Shown piece after piece: positions 12,164 through 24,300 of a stretch of DNA of 64,000 nucleotides (positions are counted from its first letter, which is position 1; every line of letters begins with the position of its first letter). The notes beneath the pieces are model-generated. The model was not told where the DNA came from, did not search any database, and saw only the letters and a program-made list of their open reading frames with translations. Source of the stretch: Nemertoderma westbladi (taxonomy: Eukaryota; Animalia; Xenacoelomorpha). A program made the position numbers and the translations under genes. The DNA lies in assembly GCA_032718475.1 (NCBI GenBank), contig JAUCBJ010008710.1, positions 1 to 64,000 on the forward strand, written 5' to 3'.

Positions 12164-14653
12164 AAACTTCTGGGGTTGTTACGTCGGCAGTCCTTGCCTA
12201 GCAGCAAACTTACCTATGTCCCTAAGGGTTGCGTCGTTCCGGGTTAACAAATGGTTTAGTTCTGCAGGGTTATTAAGTCTGGTCCTTTCCCGGTGGTTCC
12301 AACTTACCTGCTCCGCGTCGGTCCTTCTTTCCTTATAGTTTCGGGACTTCTGACGTCTCATTTCTTCCTCTTCATCGCTTGACTCGGTGTCAGTCCTTAG
12401 CGCTCGCGATGGTTTGCGCGCCGAGGCCCTGACCCAAGCATCTTGTATAAATTTCTCGGCCGAATTTTCGAAGTTGGGATTATGAATATTCGGGACAGGC
12501 GTCCTTACCTGAGGTCTATGTGGTATAGTCTCCTCCGATATGCGTACTCGTTGACTAGGCTGGACTTTATCTAACTCAGGCCTGCTGGGATTAGAATTAC
12601 TTCTTACCTGGGCTGCTTCCTTTAACCGTAGGTTGCTAAGCATGTCCGTTATAGGTTGGATGTGCGGCGATATAGCTTGCGCTAAACTAGCACTTAACTC
12701 ATCCCTCGTAATAAATTCCTGGCTAGGGTTCTGTTGTATAGTCGGCTCTATCTGAGTAATCCGCTGTCTCTCATATGATCCCTCTTCCGGTTTAACCCGG
12801 AAGTTCTCCGTCGAACTGGGTCGGCGCTCCGTCCGCGTATTCCAAACCCGCGGGTTCGGTTCGCCCAATACTCGTCCCGTCGGAGTTTCTCTAAACTCTC
12901 CATCGTCGTGTTCGGTGTGTAGTGGTGCGATGTTCTGATGCCGTGGATTCTGCGCGATAGGTGAAGCACTAATACCAACTGGCGTGCGATATGTAGAGAA
13001 CGGTTTAGCGATCCGTGTACTCGTAATAGCTGGACCGGGTATAGGAATTCTGGTCGTCGTCGACTCGCGTATAGTCGGAGTTCTCGCTTCCTGTTCGGCC
13101 TTCTGCAGTGCGAACAGTTCTCACAACTCAGTCCCTACACTCGCCCCACATTCTTCGATCATTCGCATCCCCTTCTCGGCGATTTCGTTCGCCTTCCTAG
13201 TCCGTTCTTCGCTCTCTAAACTTAATCTCGCACTTTCCAACTGCGCCAGTTTACGTTCTTCTTCCTCCCTTGCTCGTCTCGCTGCGCCCTCTTCTTCCAC
13301 ACGCGCCTTCTCTTCATACAATGCCCGTCGCTCCCTCTCGCGCTCAAGTTCGCGCTCCTTGCGCTCGCGTTCGAGTTGGAGTTCGCGTTCTTCGCGTTGG
13401 AGTTGGAGTTCGCGTTCTTCGCGTTGGAGTTGGAGTTCGCGTTCTTCGCGTTCGCGTTGGAGTTGGAGTTCGCGTTCTTCCTGTTCGCGTTCCGCTTGTT
13501 CACGCTTACCTTTCTCTTCCAACTCTCACAACTTTGCGTCTAACTTACGTGTGCGCTCGTGTTCCCGCTCGGCTTCCTTCCGTGCTTCCGATGCACGCAA
13601 AACTTCCGCCTGCTGTTCGTCTAGTCGGCGTCTTCTCTCCTCCGCCGAGTTGTGCGAAACAAGGGATCTAGCACATATAACCTTACCTCGCGCGTGACTA
13701 ACCTGGGAATCGCCGCTGTCTCTGGATGCGTCGTCGGGTGGAGTCAACGTCCTCTGTTGAATGTTCTCCGTCGTCGGTAGCACCTGACCCGGTACCACCA
13801 CTCCATTCTGCATCAGCCAGCTAGTAACTTCCCTCTGATAACGGCGCTCCTCTTTATCCTGGATCTCTTCTCGCTCCACTAAGTCTCTCAACTCTGCGTC
13901 ACTCACCTGAGTCGCCTGCGCTTGTGATGCCCATAGCAGCCAGTTCTCCGTCCTAATTCGTCGGAATCGCTCCGATAACTCGCGGTGCTCCAACAAGGCT
14001 GCTAAAACCCTGTCGTAAATCCTCGTCACCACGTCGCTCGACTGAGACTCTACTGCCTTCTTCGCTAGGACTGCAAGCTCCTCCGTCTGCTTGAATAACG
14101 CTGAGTTATATCCTCTTCTAATCTCTACTAACTCTATCCTCCCGATGTTCGCTGAGTCGGCTAACATTTTCCTTACCTTGTCCGCCGTCCGACTTATATG
14201 TCCGGCATGCGCGCGAAGTTTCTTCTTTATCGCGATATCAAGTTCTCTCTCGCTTACCTGACTCACACTTGGTGGACTTGAAGGATTATTTCGGGAACTA
14301 CGGGTACTTCTAACAGCCGTCGGGACCACGGCACTTACCATACCCACAGGTCTGGAAACCGGGCTCCGGGCTCTCGCTTCTGCTACACTACCCTCCCTAT
14401 CACTCACCTCTGTCCGGGTTGCTGTACAATCCTTCCTTACAGTAGCGGTAGGGGATCCTAATACTATTACCTGAGGCTGCTGTTCTTCCTCACTGGTCAC
14501 TGTCTCATCCTCCTGTTCACTTACGTCAGCGTCGCTCGCTGCGTCGTCATAGTCGGCATTGTCGTCAACAGTAATATTTACGCTATCGTCAGTCGGCGGT
14601 CCAGCCGCCGTCTCATAGCTGTCCTCTAGTGCCTCCTTGTCTGAGACACTCAT
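12164..14653 (-). pseudogene. N-terminal part of family A gag (acidic/coiled-coil extension), in frame with the polyprotein but broken by three stop codons
   Basis: ORFs 13526-14653, 13121-13522, 12179-12868 and 6335-12163 share one frame, separated by TGA (13526-8), TGA (13121-3) and TAA (12179-81). The paralog at 19972-21348 has CGA at the first site. Confidence 0.9.
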
Positions 14654-15766
14654 AGTCTAAATAATGTTTGCCTTCCGGCAAAATATCTCGCAAAAGTTCG
14701 AGATATAATTATAATTTAACCGAAATACGGTCAAATTAATTGTCAAATAATCAGTTGGTCCAAATGTCAAATAAATTCGCAATGCAATATTGTGAATTTA
14801 ATGGGGTATAGTTATAGCAAATACTAGCACAATATTTAAACAAAAATATTATTATATAGCTACTATAGCATTAAATACCGGTATAGCACAAATAACTTTG
14901 AATCTAATACAAAATATTCAAAATAAACTTGCCACCCGAATATTTCTAATTTTATATAGCTCTAATCAACGTAATTTTAATTTCAAATATTATATGTATC
15001 CACTAGCGCGTGGCTACATCTTCGGGTTGCGACTCTCTCTAACTCTCTCTCTAACTTGAGCGATTCAAAAAACCATGGCCGGCTAAACCTAAATATCCTA
15101 ACTAATAAATTGAGTTCAGCTTCGCAGTTAAACAACCGATAATTTTTTACTGCTTCCACAAACACTATGGTGCCAACAGAACAACTAACCTTGTTTGCTG
15201 TGAGATTCCACGTCCGCGTCCAAAGATTCAGGCCCTTCGCTGATTGCAAACCGAACCCGCAGACCCACACGAACCCCAAACTCAGAAGTTCCGTCTTGCC
15301 ATGTATCTCCAGATGGTATAAAATAACTAAGCGGTTACCTAACATACCGGTACAAAACTCTAGAATTTTACAAATAATTTTGACCGAAACTGAATTCTCG
15401 CAAACCTAGCTAAAATTTTCAAAAAACTTACTAATTACAATTTGCCCTAAGGCCTAAGGAACTGCTGTATTCGCAATTAGTAAAAACGCACTACCGTACA
15501 TCCACTGTATGCAGTACAGTAAGTAAAACAGTACACCAACCTAACAGCCTAATTGATACTGTGTGTGTGGTACGGCAAACAAATGTCCTTCTACCGTACG
15601 CAGTAACAGCAATCAGCCTAATGTACTACTGTACTATCGTACGCAGCCAGTGAATACAGTAATCTAAACTAGCCTAAAAATACACTCTCTGTCCTACTAT
15701 ACGCAGTACAGTGCCTAATACAGTAATCTAATTTGTATTTACTGTACGCAGTACAGCAAGCAAATC

Positions 15767-15777
15767 ACGTGCTTTAC
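15767..15777 (-). promoter_or_regulatory. Non-tRNA primer-binding site candidate of family A (GTAAAGCACGT)
   Basis: Directly abuts the 5' LTR end; lacks TGG; complementary to LTR positions 16724-16734 (10 Watson-Crick pairs plus 1 G-U). Confidence 0.7.
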
Positions 15778-17863
15778 TGTTAAACAAACTACCCCGGCCT
15801 AACCAATAAAGACACAAAACTGCTCTATTTATTAGACAGGGCAATCAGGAGCGTATTATTGCTAATGTGAGGGGCTGCTAAATACAAAACCGCTACTTAC
15901 CGTTAGATGGCGCTAACCTGCCGTCCGCTAATATGTTTTACTAATTTTCTACGGCTCCTGCTAATTTCTTGTTCCTTTCTCTACCAATTACTCGATAGAG
16001 AGCTAACTGTTCGAATATATGAGCCACGCGGGAATAACCAAAACAACAAACCCGAATCGGCTCCCTAAGCTGACTTAAAACGAGTGTGAGAGGTTTTACA
16101 CTCAGAGTATATTCTTACGCCTAATCTTACTGTTAAAGTACGCCAATGCCTACGTCTTTTCTAATCGCGAATACTGGGGGTTCCCTAACGGAATGTGTGA
16201 ATGCGAGAATATTTAAAATAATCAAAGTGGTACAGTGTTTATTAGGGCTAATACCTATAGTGGGACTAAACTTGTCTGCGGCTGGCTTTAGGCCAGCAAA
16301 TTACTAATGCGTTTTGCGTACTGAATACTGCTATCTAGCTTATTGCCCGCTAATTCAAATAACCGCTCAGCGTGAATAGTTTACGGTACTCTAATTATTA
16401 CCTTAGCTACTCTCCGCTATGCTGCGTACTAATTCTTAATTTTACTAATTAATTACAGTCACAAATATGTAACAGCCTAAAATACTGTATTACTTTGACC
16501 TAATCAGTAATTATTTACAGTAAACTAAGAGATAGAAATCAATCAAAGGGAAAAGAGCGCCTATCTATGCATTCGTAATCTTAGGCACACTTTAGTAACA
16601 CACCAATCAGCGTCAGCAATCACAGCTCGCAATGCGCGATTCACAATTGTACAATCCGCAATGCACGCAATTCGCAATTACACAGCACAATATAATAATT
16701 CGCAATACATGCAATTCGCAATTGTAAAGCACGCAGACCTCTCCCGGGTACATCTAGGCTTCCTAACTAACCCAATTCCTGCCCCCCTAATACTAAATAG
16801 AGACAAAACCTGGATCATCAGCCCCCTAATTACTGTACCAGCGAGCTGCCCCCACGCTACAATGCAAATTGCCCGACCGCAACGGTGACCCCCCGCCAGC
16901 GTTGCTCGCCTTTGAATCCTCCGCTCCCTTCGTCGCTAACCCCCCGATGTGCCCACCGCCCACTGGCGCCTTAGCCCTCCATTATGCTAATAGCTACCGT
17001 AGCGGCGCATGCAAATCACAAAGTCTGACAGTCTCAGAAATCCCTTAGGATTATTGCGCAGAAAGGAATCACATAGAACCATTAATCAAAAGGTAGAAAT
17101 CATAGTTCCAGTTGTAATTTGCAGTAATCGAAGGAATTAATTGAGAAACACAATCAAGAGTAATCGCACTAGCAAAGCATTTTGAGAAATTAATCGAAAA
17201 TAGCAAATTGCAGAAATACGCTAAAATATCCGTAAAAATGAATATAGACAGCTCAGCAAGTACAAGGTGATAGCAGATCATGTGAGGTGTCATGTGAGGC
17301 TCTACCGGCACACCGCCAATTTATAGGTGATCCGGATGGGGTGATGCAATAGGGTGACTCAATCGCTCTCCTATTGGCTCTCCAGTCCGTGCTAGCATTA
17401 GACCAACCTGGAAGCAGTTAGTCCAATAAGGAGGCCGGATTGTAGCCCTATTGCCTGCCCAAACCTCAAATTATTACCATATATGGTAATGGTTCACGTC
17501 CCTGGCTGCTGAGTGGCCAGGACAGCGTCCCTATATCTAGCCCTATCGATGCTAATATCAGCAAGCACAAAATCCAGGGTCCGAATAAACTCGCTACCCT
17601 GGAACTATCTACATATATCCTAATACAAAATTACGTAGGTAGGGCTACATACTATACAAAATGGATGGATTCAAATATATGGGTGTTTCGATTTCCCTAT
17701 CTAAATACTACTGCGTTATTATGCCTTATCTAAAATATTATGCTGCACAACGGACTAATATTACATACAGTATAACGGACTAATATTGTGTACAGTATAA
17801 CGGACTAATATATTATACTGCATAATGGCTAATAATGTGGATACAGCGCCATATACCGTAACA
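15778..17863 (-). repeat. 5' LTR of family A element
   Basis: Direct repeat of 588-2673, upstream of the gag start on the minus strand; TG...CA termini. Confidence 0.97.
17319..17377 (-). promoter_or_regulatory. Candidate Pol II promoter in family A LTR
   Basis: Minus strand CCAAT (17373-17377), AP-1-like TGAGTCA (17355-17361) and TATAAAT (17319-17325) in canonical order; motif inspection only. Confidence 0.45.
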
Positions 17864-17865
17864 CC

Positions 17866-18373
17866 AACCCTGACGCTACCTCCTACATTCAAACAAACCG
17901 GTCAACAGAATCCCTCCTCGAGCAGAGGGCGCGCCAAAAGAAGGCACACTACCAGCCAGTGTGTGAAGATCGACGGATGGCCTTCACACCACTGGTGGGA
18001 ACCACAGATGGTGTCTGGTGTGCCGAGGCCAAAATCCTCATCGCACACCTCACAGAAGCACTGGTTGCAAGGCGAGAGTCTATGCGAAACCGCGGCTACG
18101 CCTGTGTCTTGGGTGCCGTCCAGCGGAGACTGCAGTTTGCACTACTTCGGTCATGTTCGCTCTGCCTCCGTGGGGGTCGGAGGTCTTGGCGAGGTCTCGG
18201 TTTCGGTTATGGGACCGGGATCTGGGGTGGTTAAGAGAGGGGTAAAGGGGGAAAGGGGAAGTAAAAACTATTACTATAACAAAATTAAAGTGCGCTCAAT
18301 TACTTTACTCACCCCACATTGTTTGTACATTTATGTATTATTGTTTGTTATTATACGTAAATAAAGTTCTTCT
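17866..18373 (+). mobile_element. 5'-truncated CRE-like non-LTR retrotransposon (C-terminal restriction-like endonuclease region plus 3' UTR)
   Basis: Frame from 17866 reads NPDATSY...KKAHY...FTPLVGTTDG...RLQFALLRSCSLCLRGGRRSW, resembling CRE-clade C-termini; AATAAA near the 3' end; 13-bp TSD ACGTAGAGGCCAA at 574-586 and 18374-18386. Confidence 0.8.
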
Positions 18374-18659
18374 ACGTAGAGGCCAAATAGGTATGTGATA
18401 GTATTTTATATAAATCTAAACAAATTTCTTAGCAATTGATCAAAAGTCATCATAATTCTTCTCAGAAATAATCCAATATTTATTTTGCCTAAATGCATTG
18501 AAGGTTCCACTCCTAAGGTGTAGTAGGTGTAGGGGCGTAGGCGTAGGCTGTGTAGGTTAGGGTTAGGTCCCCCCAGTCCCTTGCAGGTCCACCAAGTAAC
18601 TACCGCTGTGGTCCATGAAGTAAATCTCAAACTTGATCTTTTTATGCTTTTGAATCAAA

Positions 18660-18984
18660 AATAACGTATTAGTGACGTATTTTTTTAACGTATTATTGAC
18701 GTATTTTTTTAACGTATTTATTTAACGTAGTAACCCCGGCCAATAATACGTTAATTTAACGTAATGGTACGTTCATAAATAACGTTCATAATATACGGCA
18801 GTTAACGTTATTTTCAGACATGAGTTAATTAGTATGATTTGAGTACAATTTATGTATATTTTTAACGTAGTAACCCCGGCCAATAATATGTTAATTTAAC
18901 GTAAGGGCACGTTAAATAATAACGTTGGAATGGTAGAATATTAACGTAAATTAACGTTAAATTAACGTCAAAATGTTTGCAGGG
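18660..18984. repeat. AACGT-rich repeat region with 140-bp duplication; probable MITE/DNA transposon end
   Basis: TTAACGTAGTAACCCCGGCCAATAAT occurs at ~18722 and ~18862; many AACGT motifs; ends in TGTTTGCAGGG. No partner TIR found. Confidence 0.4.
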
Positions 18985-19027
18985 CAGTGCTGCAGTGCGG
19001 CAGTAATAACGCGCTCCTGATCGCCCC

Positions 19028-21335
19028 TGTTTAACAGTAAAAACCACTTTGACTTACAGTACTGTACTACGTACAGTAAGAACCATTTTTTTTTATTTTT
19101 GCTGTTGCTTTGCAACAGTAAGAAACATTTGTTCACTAATCGCAGAATACAGTAATTTGTTGGGCCGTTAGGGTAAATTGTAAATTAGTAAGTTTTTGAA
19201 AATTTTAGCTAGGTTTGTGAGAATTCAGTTTCGGTCAAAATTGTTTTATAATAAAATCTAGAGTTTTTTTACCGCTTAATTATTTTATAAATATAATAAC
19301 ATAGCGAGACGGAGCTTCTGAGTTTGGGGTTTGTGTGGGCCTGCGGGTTCGGTTTGCAATCAGCGAAGGGCCTGAAACTTTGGACGCGGACGTGGACGTG
19401 GAATCTCACAGCAAACAAGGTTAGTTGTTCTGTTGGCACCATAGTATTTGTGAAAGCAGTAAAAAAATATCGGTTGTTTAACTGCGAAACTGAACTCAAT
19501 TTATTAGTTAGGATAGTTAGGTTTAGCCGGCCATGGTGTTTTGGATCGCTCAAGTTAGAGAGAGAGAGAGAGAGAGAGAGTCGCAACCCGAAGGTGTAGC
19601 CACACGCTAGTGGATACATAAAATATTTGAAATTAAAATTACGTCGATTAGAGCTATATATAAAAATTAGAAATATTTGGGTGGCAAATTCATTTTTGAA
19701 TATTTTGAATTAGATTCAGAAATTATTTTGTGTCATACCGGTATTTAAATGCTATATAATAGCTATAGAATACTATTTTTGTTTAAATATTGTATTGGTA
19801 TTTGCTATAACTACACCCTATTAAATTCACAATATTGCATTGCGAATTTATTTTGACATTTTGGACCAACCTATTATTTGACAAATAATTTAACCGTGTT
19901 TTCGATTAAATTATATATATATCTCGAATTTTTGCGAGATTTTAGCCGGAAGGCAAAACATTATTTAGACTATGAGTGTCTCAGACAAAGAGGCACTAGA
20001 GGACAGCAATGAGACGGTGGCTGGACCGCCGACTGACGATAGCGTTAATATTACTGTTGACGACAATGCCGACTATGACGACGCAGCGAGCGACGCTGAC
20101 GTAAGTGAACAGGAGGACGAGACAGTAACTAGTGAGGAAGAGCAAGAACACCAGGTAATAGTATTAGGATACCCTACCACTACTGTAAGGAAGGATTGTA
20201 CAGCAGCCCGACCAGAGGTGAGTGATAGGGAGGGTAGTGTAGCAGAAGCGAGAGCCCGGAGCCCGGTTTCCAGACCTGTGGGTATGGTAAGTGCCGTGGT
20301 CCCAGCGGCTATAAGGAGTACCCGTAGTTCCCGAAATAATCCTTCAAGTCCACCAAGTGTAAGTCAGGTAAGCGAGAGAGAACTAGACATCGCGATAAAG
20401 AAGAAACTTCGCGCGCATGCCGGACATATAACTCGGACGGCGGATAAGGTAAGGAAGATGTTAGCCGACTCAGCGAACATCGGAAGGGAAGGGTTAGTAG
20501 AGATTAGAAAAGGATACAACTCAGCATTATTCAAACAGAAGGAGGAGCTTGCAGTCCTAGCGAAGAGAGCAGTGGAGTCTCAGTCGAGCGACGTGGCGAC
20601 GAGGGTTTACGACAGGGTTTTAGCAGCCTTGTTAGAGCACCGCGCGTTATCGGAGCGATTTCGACGAGTTAGGACGGAGAACTGGTTGCTTTGGGCATCA
20701 CAAGCGCAGGCGACTCAGGTGAGTGACGCAGAGTCGAGAAACTTAGTGGAGCGGGAAGAAAACCAAGATAAAGAAGAGCGCCGGTATCAGAGGGAAGTTA
20801 CCAGCTGGCTGATGCAGAGTGGAGTGGTGGTACCGAGCCAGGTGCTACCAACGACGGACAACATCCAACAGAGAACGTTAACTCCACCCGACGACGCATC
20901 TAGAGACAGTGGCGATTCCCAGGTTAGTCACGCGCGAGGTAAAGTTATATGCGCTAGATCCCTCATTTCTCACAACTCGGCAGAGGAGAGAAGACGCCGA
21001 CTAGACGAACAGCAGGCGGAAGTTTTGCATGCATCGGAAGCACGGAAGGAAGCCGAGCGGGAACGGGAGCGCACACGTAAGTTAGACGCGAAGTTGCGAG
21101 AGTTGGAGAAAATAAGTAAGCGTGAGCAAGCAGAACGCAAGCGCAAGGAACACGAACTCCAACTTGAATGCGAACAGAAGGAATGCAAACTCCAACTTGA
21201 ACGCGAGCGCAAGGAACGCAAACTCCAACTTGAATGCGAACAGAAGGAACGCGAACTCCAACTCGAACGCGAGTGCAAGGAACGCGAACAAAAGGAATAC
21301 GAACTTCAACTCAAACACGAGCGTAAAGAACGAGT
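19028..21335 (+). mobile_element. Truncated, diverged paralog of family A (last 9 nt of LTR, 5' UTR, 5' gag)
   Basis: TGTTTAACA matches the family A LTR end; the following sequence is an inverted homolog of ~15500-13350. Confidence 0.9.
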
Positions 21336-21348
21336 TGGTACTGTGTAA
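19972..21348 (+). CDS. Truncated family A Gag N-terminal region (458 aa)
   Basis: Near-identical to 13526-14653 (MSVSDKEALED...); reads through the position that is TGA in the full element; ends at the junction with a family B fragment. Confidence 0.8.
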   Translation: MSVSDKEALEDSNETVAGPPTDDSVNITVDDNADYDDAASDADVSEQEDETVTSEEEQEHQVIVLGYPTTTVRKDCTAARPEVSDREGSVAEARARSPVSRPVGMVSAVVPAAIRSTRSSRNNPSSPPSVSQVSERELDIAIKKKLRAHAGHITRTADKVRKMLADSANIGREGLVEIRKGYNSALFKQKEELAVLAKRAVESQSSDVATRVYDRVLAALLEHRALSERFRRVRTENWLLWASQAQATQVSDAESRNLVEREENQDKEERRYQREVTSWLMQSGVVVPSQVLPTTDNIQQRTLTPPDDASRDSGDSQVSHARGKVICARSLISHNSAEERRRRLDEQQAEVLHASEARKEAERERERTRKLDAKLRELEKISKREQAERKRKEHELQLECEQKECKLQLERERKERKLQLECEQKERELQLERECKEREQKEYELQLKHERKERVGTV

Positions 21349-24300
21349 AGGGAATTGAGAGTTAGGTTCTGGGAGCAAAGGTGTCTCTATTAAGGGAGTG
21401 GCTTCGCTAACAGGCCTAATTATTTCTGGCTCATCTACTATAGTAGGGAGTCTTTCTACTCTTATAATTTAGGCTGTTGGTTCTCTATTACTTAAGTCTA
21501 CATTAGCTAGCTCCCTTCTCACCGCAGGGGGTAAGTTAGGCAACTTATGCCTGTGAGGTGCTCTTCTACGTCCGCTTGAACGAGATTTATTACCTTTACC
21601 TTCGGGATCAGTTGTATCACCTTCATCCAAGGAGGTAAATCCCTGTCTTATGGGAGTAGATCGACTCAGTAGTTGCATCTGAGTAGCTGCCCTTTGTTTA
21701 TTTAAGTAATCTTGTTTCACCTGAAGGTTCTCCAACTCTAATTGGACTGTCGTTTCATATGCCCTCCGTTCTGCTTCTGCCACTGCCACTGCTGCTGCCG
21801 CTTTTCTTTCAGCCTCTGCCGCTGCTGCTGCCTCTTTTCTTTCAGCCTCTGCCGCTGCTGCTGCTGCTTTTCGGTCTTCTATTTGCCTCATTTTTATTTG
21901 TTCTTCTTGGTCCATTGTGATGAGAATGCTTTCATCAAATTTAGCCTGCTCCGCAGCTAATATCTCCACATCTAAAGAGTCCAGTATGAATTTGGCTCCT
22001 TCACTATTGGGGTGAAGTCCAGCTAGACGTCTCCTTAGCTCTTTGTCACCTATAAATCGTTGATAATCCGACAAATAGATGTCAATAGCATCCTTCTTCT
22101 GAGGTTTTTTGGATACAGCCTCGCCTTCCACATGCTAAAAGGTTGCATCAGTTGATTCACTGTGGGTTATGCATTCAGTTAGCTGAACCTTCCATTGTGT
22201 TGTTCCCTGGAATTTAGCATTGACTCGTTGGAACCAAGTCTTTACAGCCACCTGCAGCGACGTGTCTTGACTTTTCTTCGAGGCTTATTCAAAGGCTGAA
22301 AGGATTAATCTGATCCTCAATATACGTTCTCTTACTTCGTAAAGCAGCTCTCCCTGCTCTTGAGGTCCCTGTGGTTGTTGAAATAACCGCGTTTCTATTC
22401 GTTCCAAGGAGTTGAAGAAAACCTGAACATAGGGCTGACCTCTTCCATACAGCGGGATCTCGGGTGTCCCTCACTACTCCCATTTGGTATAAGTCTTCCC
22501 AGGCAGCTTCCGATAAGTTAAACGGGAGTCCAGGTCCGGGGAAGTTCCATTGAGTCTCTACAATAGACCTTAGTTCTTCCATCGGGTATCCCGCGTAACT
22601 GTCACTGGTCGATCTTTTATTTCTCATCCAATCCGCTTGATGTTCTTTTACAGCTATAAGTACTCTAGTGAGCACTGCTCCAGGAAGAATTAGAAGTGGG
22701 TCTGGATAAACCGCTTCTTCCATCCTTGTTCCGATCTCGGGCGTTAACTCTTCGGTGTCGGAACTAGAGTTACTACGCAGTTGAGAAATAAGTTCTCGGT
22801 TCGGGCACTGTTGTTGTTTTGCAGCCATCGCTTGGTCTCGCTTAACTTGAGCCCTAGTGCCTATAATAGACCTATGGTGCTTTACTAGCCTAGGGTCCGA
22901 TACTACTACTGTAGGGATAACTTTTCTTACAGTAGGAGGGGACTTAGACTTCGGTCTGGGATGTTCCATACTTTGATCTGGGTCACAGATCTTTCTTTCC
23001 AAGAGACTATCTGACAGTGTTTGTTTTGTGTCAGACATAATTTGTTTTAAAGTTGAATGCCTATTACTATAATAACAGTTAAAGCAAGTCTAGGGGAACT
23101 CAGTATCAACTGTCAGTCTAGTAGTCACCGATATTACTACTCAATGTAACGTGGTAGATATTTAATATTAGAATACCGGTATACACCTATAGTATATATA
23201 TCAGTATTATTACAGTACAGACTATGATCAGTCACAGAATACTGGTATATAAGTTTAGCTTAATTTATATAAATATAATAAGCTTACCGTAAACACCAGT
23301 AATGTCAATTATTTAATAATAACTGATTATCCGAATTTTAGGGATTACTTCCCTTTACTTTATTACTGATATTAAGCAGTAGTTCAACTGATATTAAGAC
23401 CTAATTGATGTATAACAGGCCTATTAATTTATAAATCTGATTGAGTTGATTTATAAATATATATATATATATACCCGTAATGGGTTTTGTCAATATTTGA
23501 AATAAATGTTATTATTTCTGAGTAAGAACTCACTACACAGAGGCTGGACGCTCTCAGTGGAGTGCTACTTGTTAGATACTAATACTGATAATTCTACTTA
23601 ACTAAGTTACTTATCACTACAAATTACTTACGTATCGGGTTGAGATTACACAATCTCTAAATAAACAATAAACACGTTACACGTACAATTTTTAGGGTAA
23701 TTTAACAAAAACTTTACGAACCAGACTAACAAGGAGTTAGAATTTCTGGTTCTTACAAACTGACAGGAAATTACGGTATTTGAAACCAATAAAGTAGTAT
23801 TAAGTACATTGCGTTGTCCAGATAAGGAAATGCCGCCATCTGACGGCTTATAGTCTTACACTATAAGCACTACGTTATGTACCCGGAGTGTCCTATACCT
23901 AGAGGTTAATTATCGAAGCCAACCAGAGCTAACGGACCTATTAACCACGTTACAACACAAATATACTGCCTACAAACTAAATTACTTTCAGGAAAGTGCT
24001 GTACTCTAAACCCTAAATTAGGTACAAGCACTTATACAACATATAACTAGCAGTGAAATATACGTGAACAGCCAAAAGAACCACGGTATCTGCTGGAGTG
24101 ACCAGAGCACAAAATCACCAGTCTGTCCTACGCCAAGCAGTCCTGAAGTAGTACCGGGGATAATTTAACTATAACGGTATGCATAACAAGCATAATTACT
24201 GTAAGGGATAAACTTGGGGAGATGAAGGTTGCAAATACTTGCATAAACTCTGAATAATAAATATCACGCTACCCGTACAGACTATCCAAATAAAACACAG

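Larger units (their letters stand above)
588..17863 (-). mobile_element. Full-length BEL/Pao LTR retrotransposon (family A), 17.3 kb
   Basis: Two 2086-bp direct repeats with TGTTA...TAACA termini; 5-bp TSD CCAAC at 583-587 and 17864-17868; internal minus-strand gag-PR-RT-RH-IN polyprotein with BEL/Pao motifs. Confidence 0.97.

Noticed and set aside
12984-13697. 237-aa plus-strand ORF and other ORFs overlapping gag-pol
   Set aside because: Antisense or off-frame shadows of repetitive coding sequence with low-complexity translations.
17825-18364. 179-aa ORF spanning the LTR/LINE junction
   Set aside because: Chimeric off-frame ORF; the homologous coding frame is the one containing 17959-18234.
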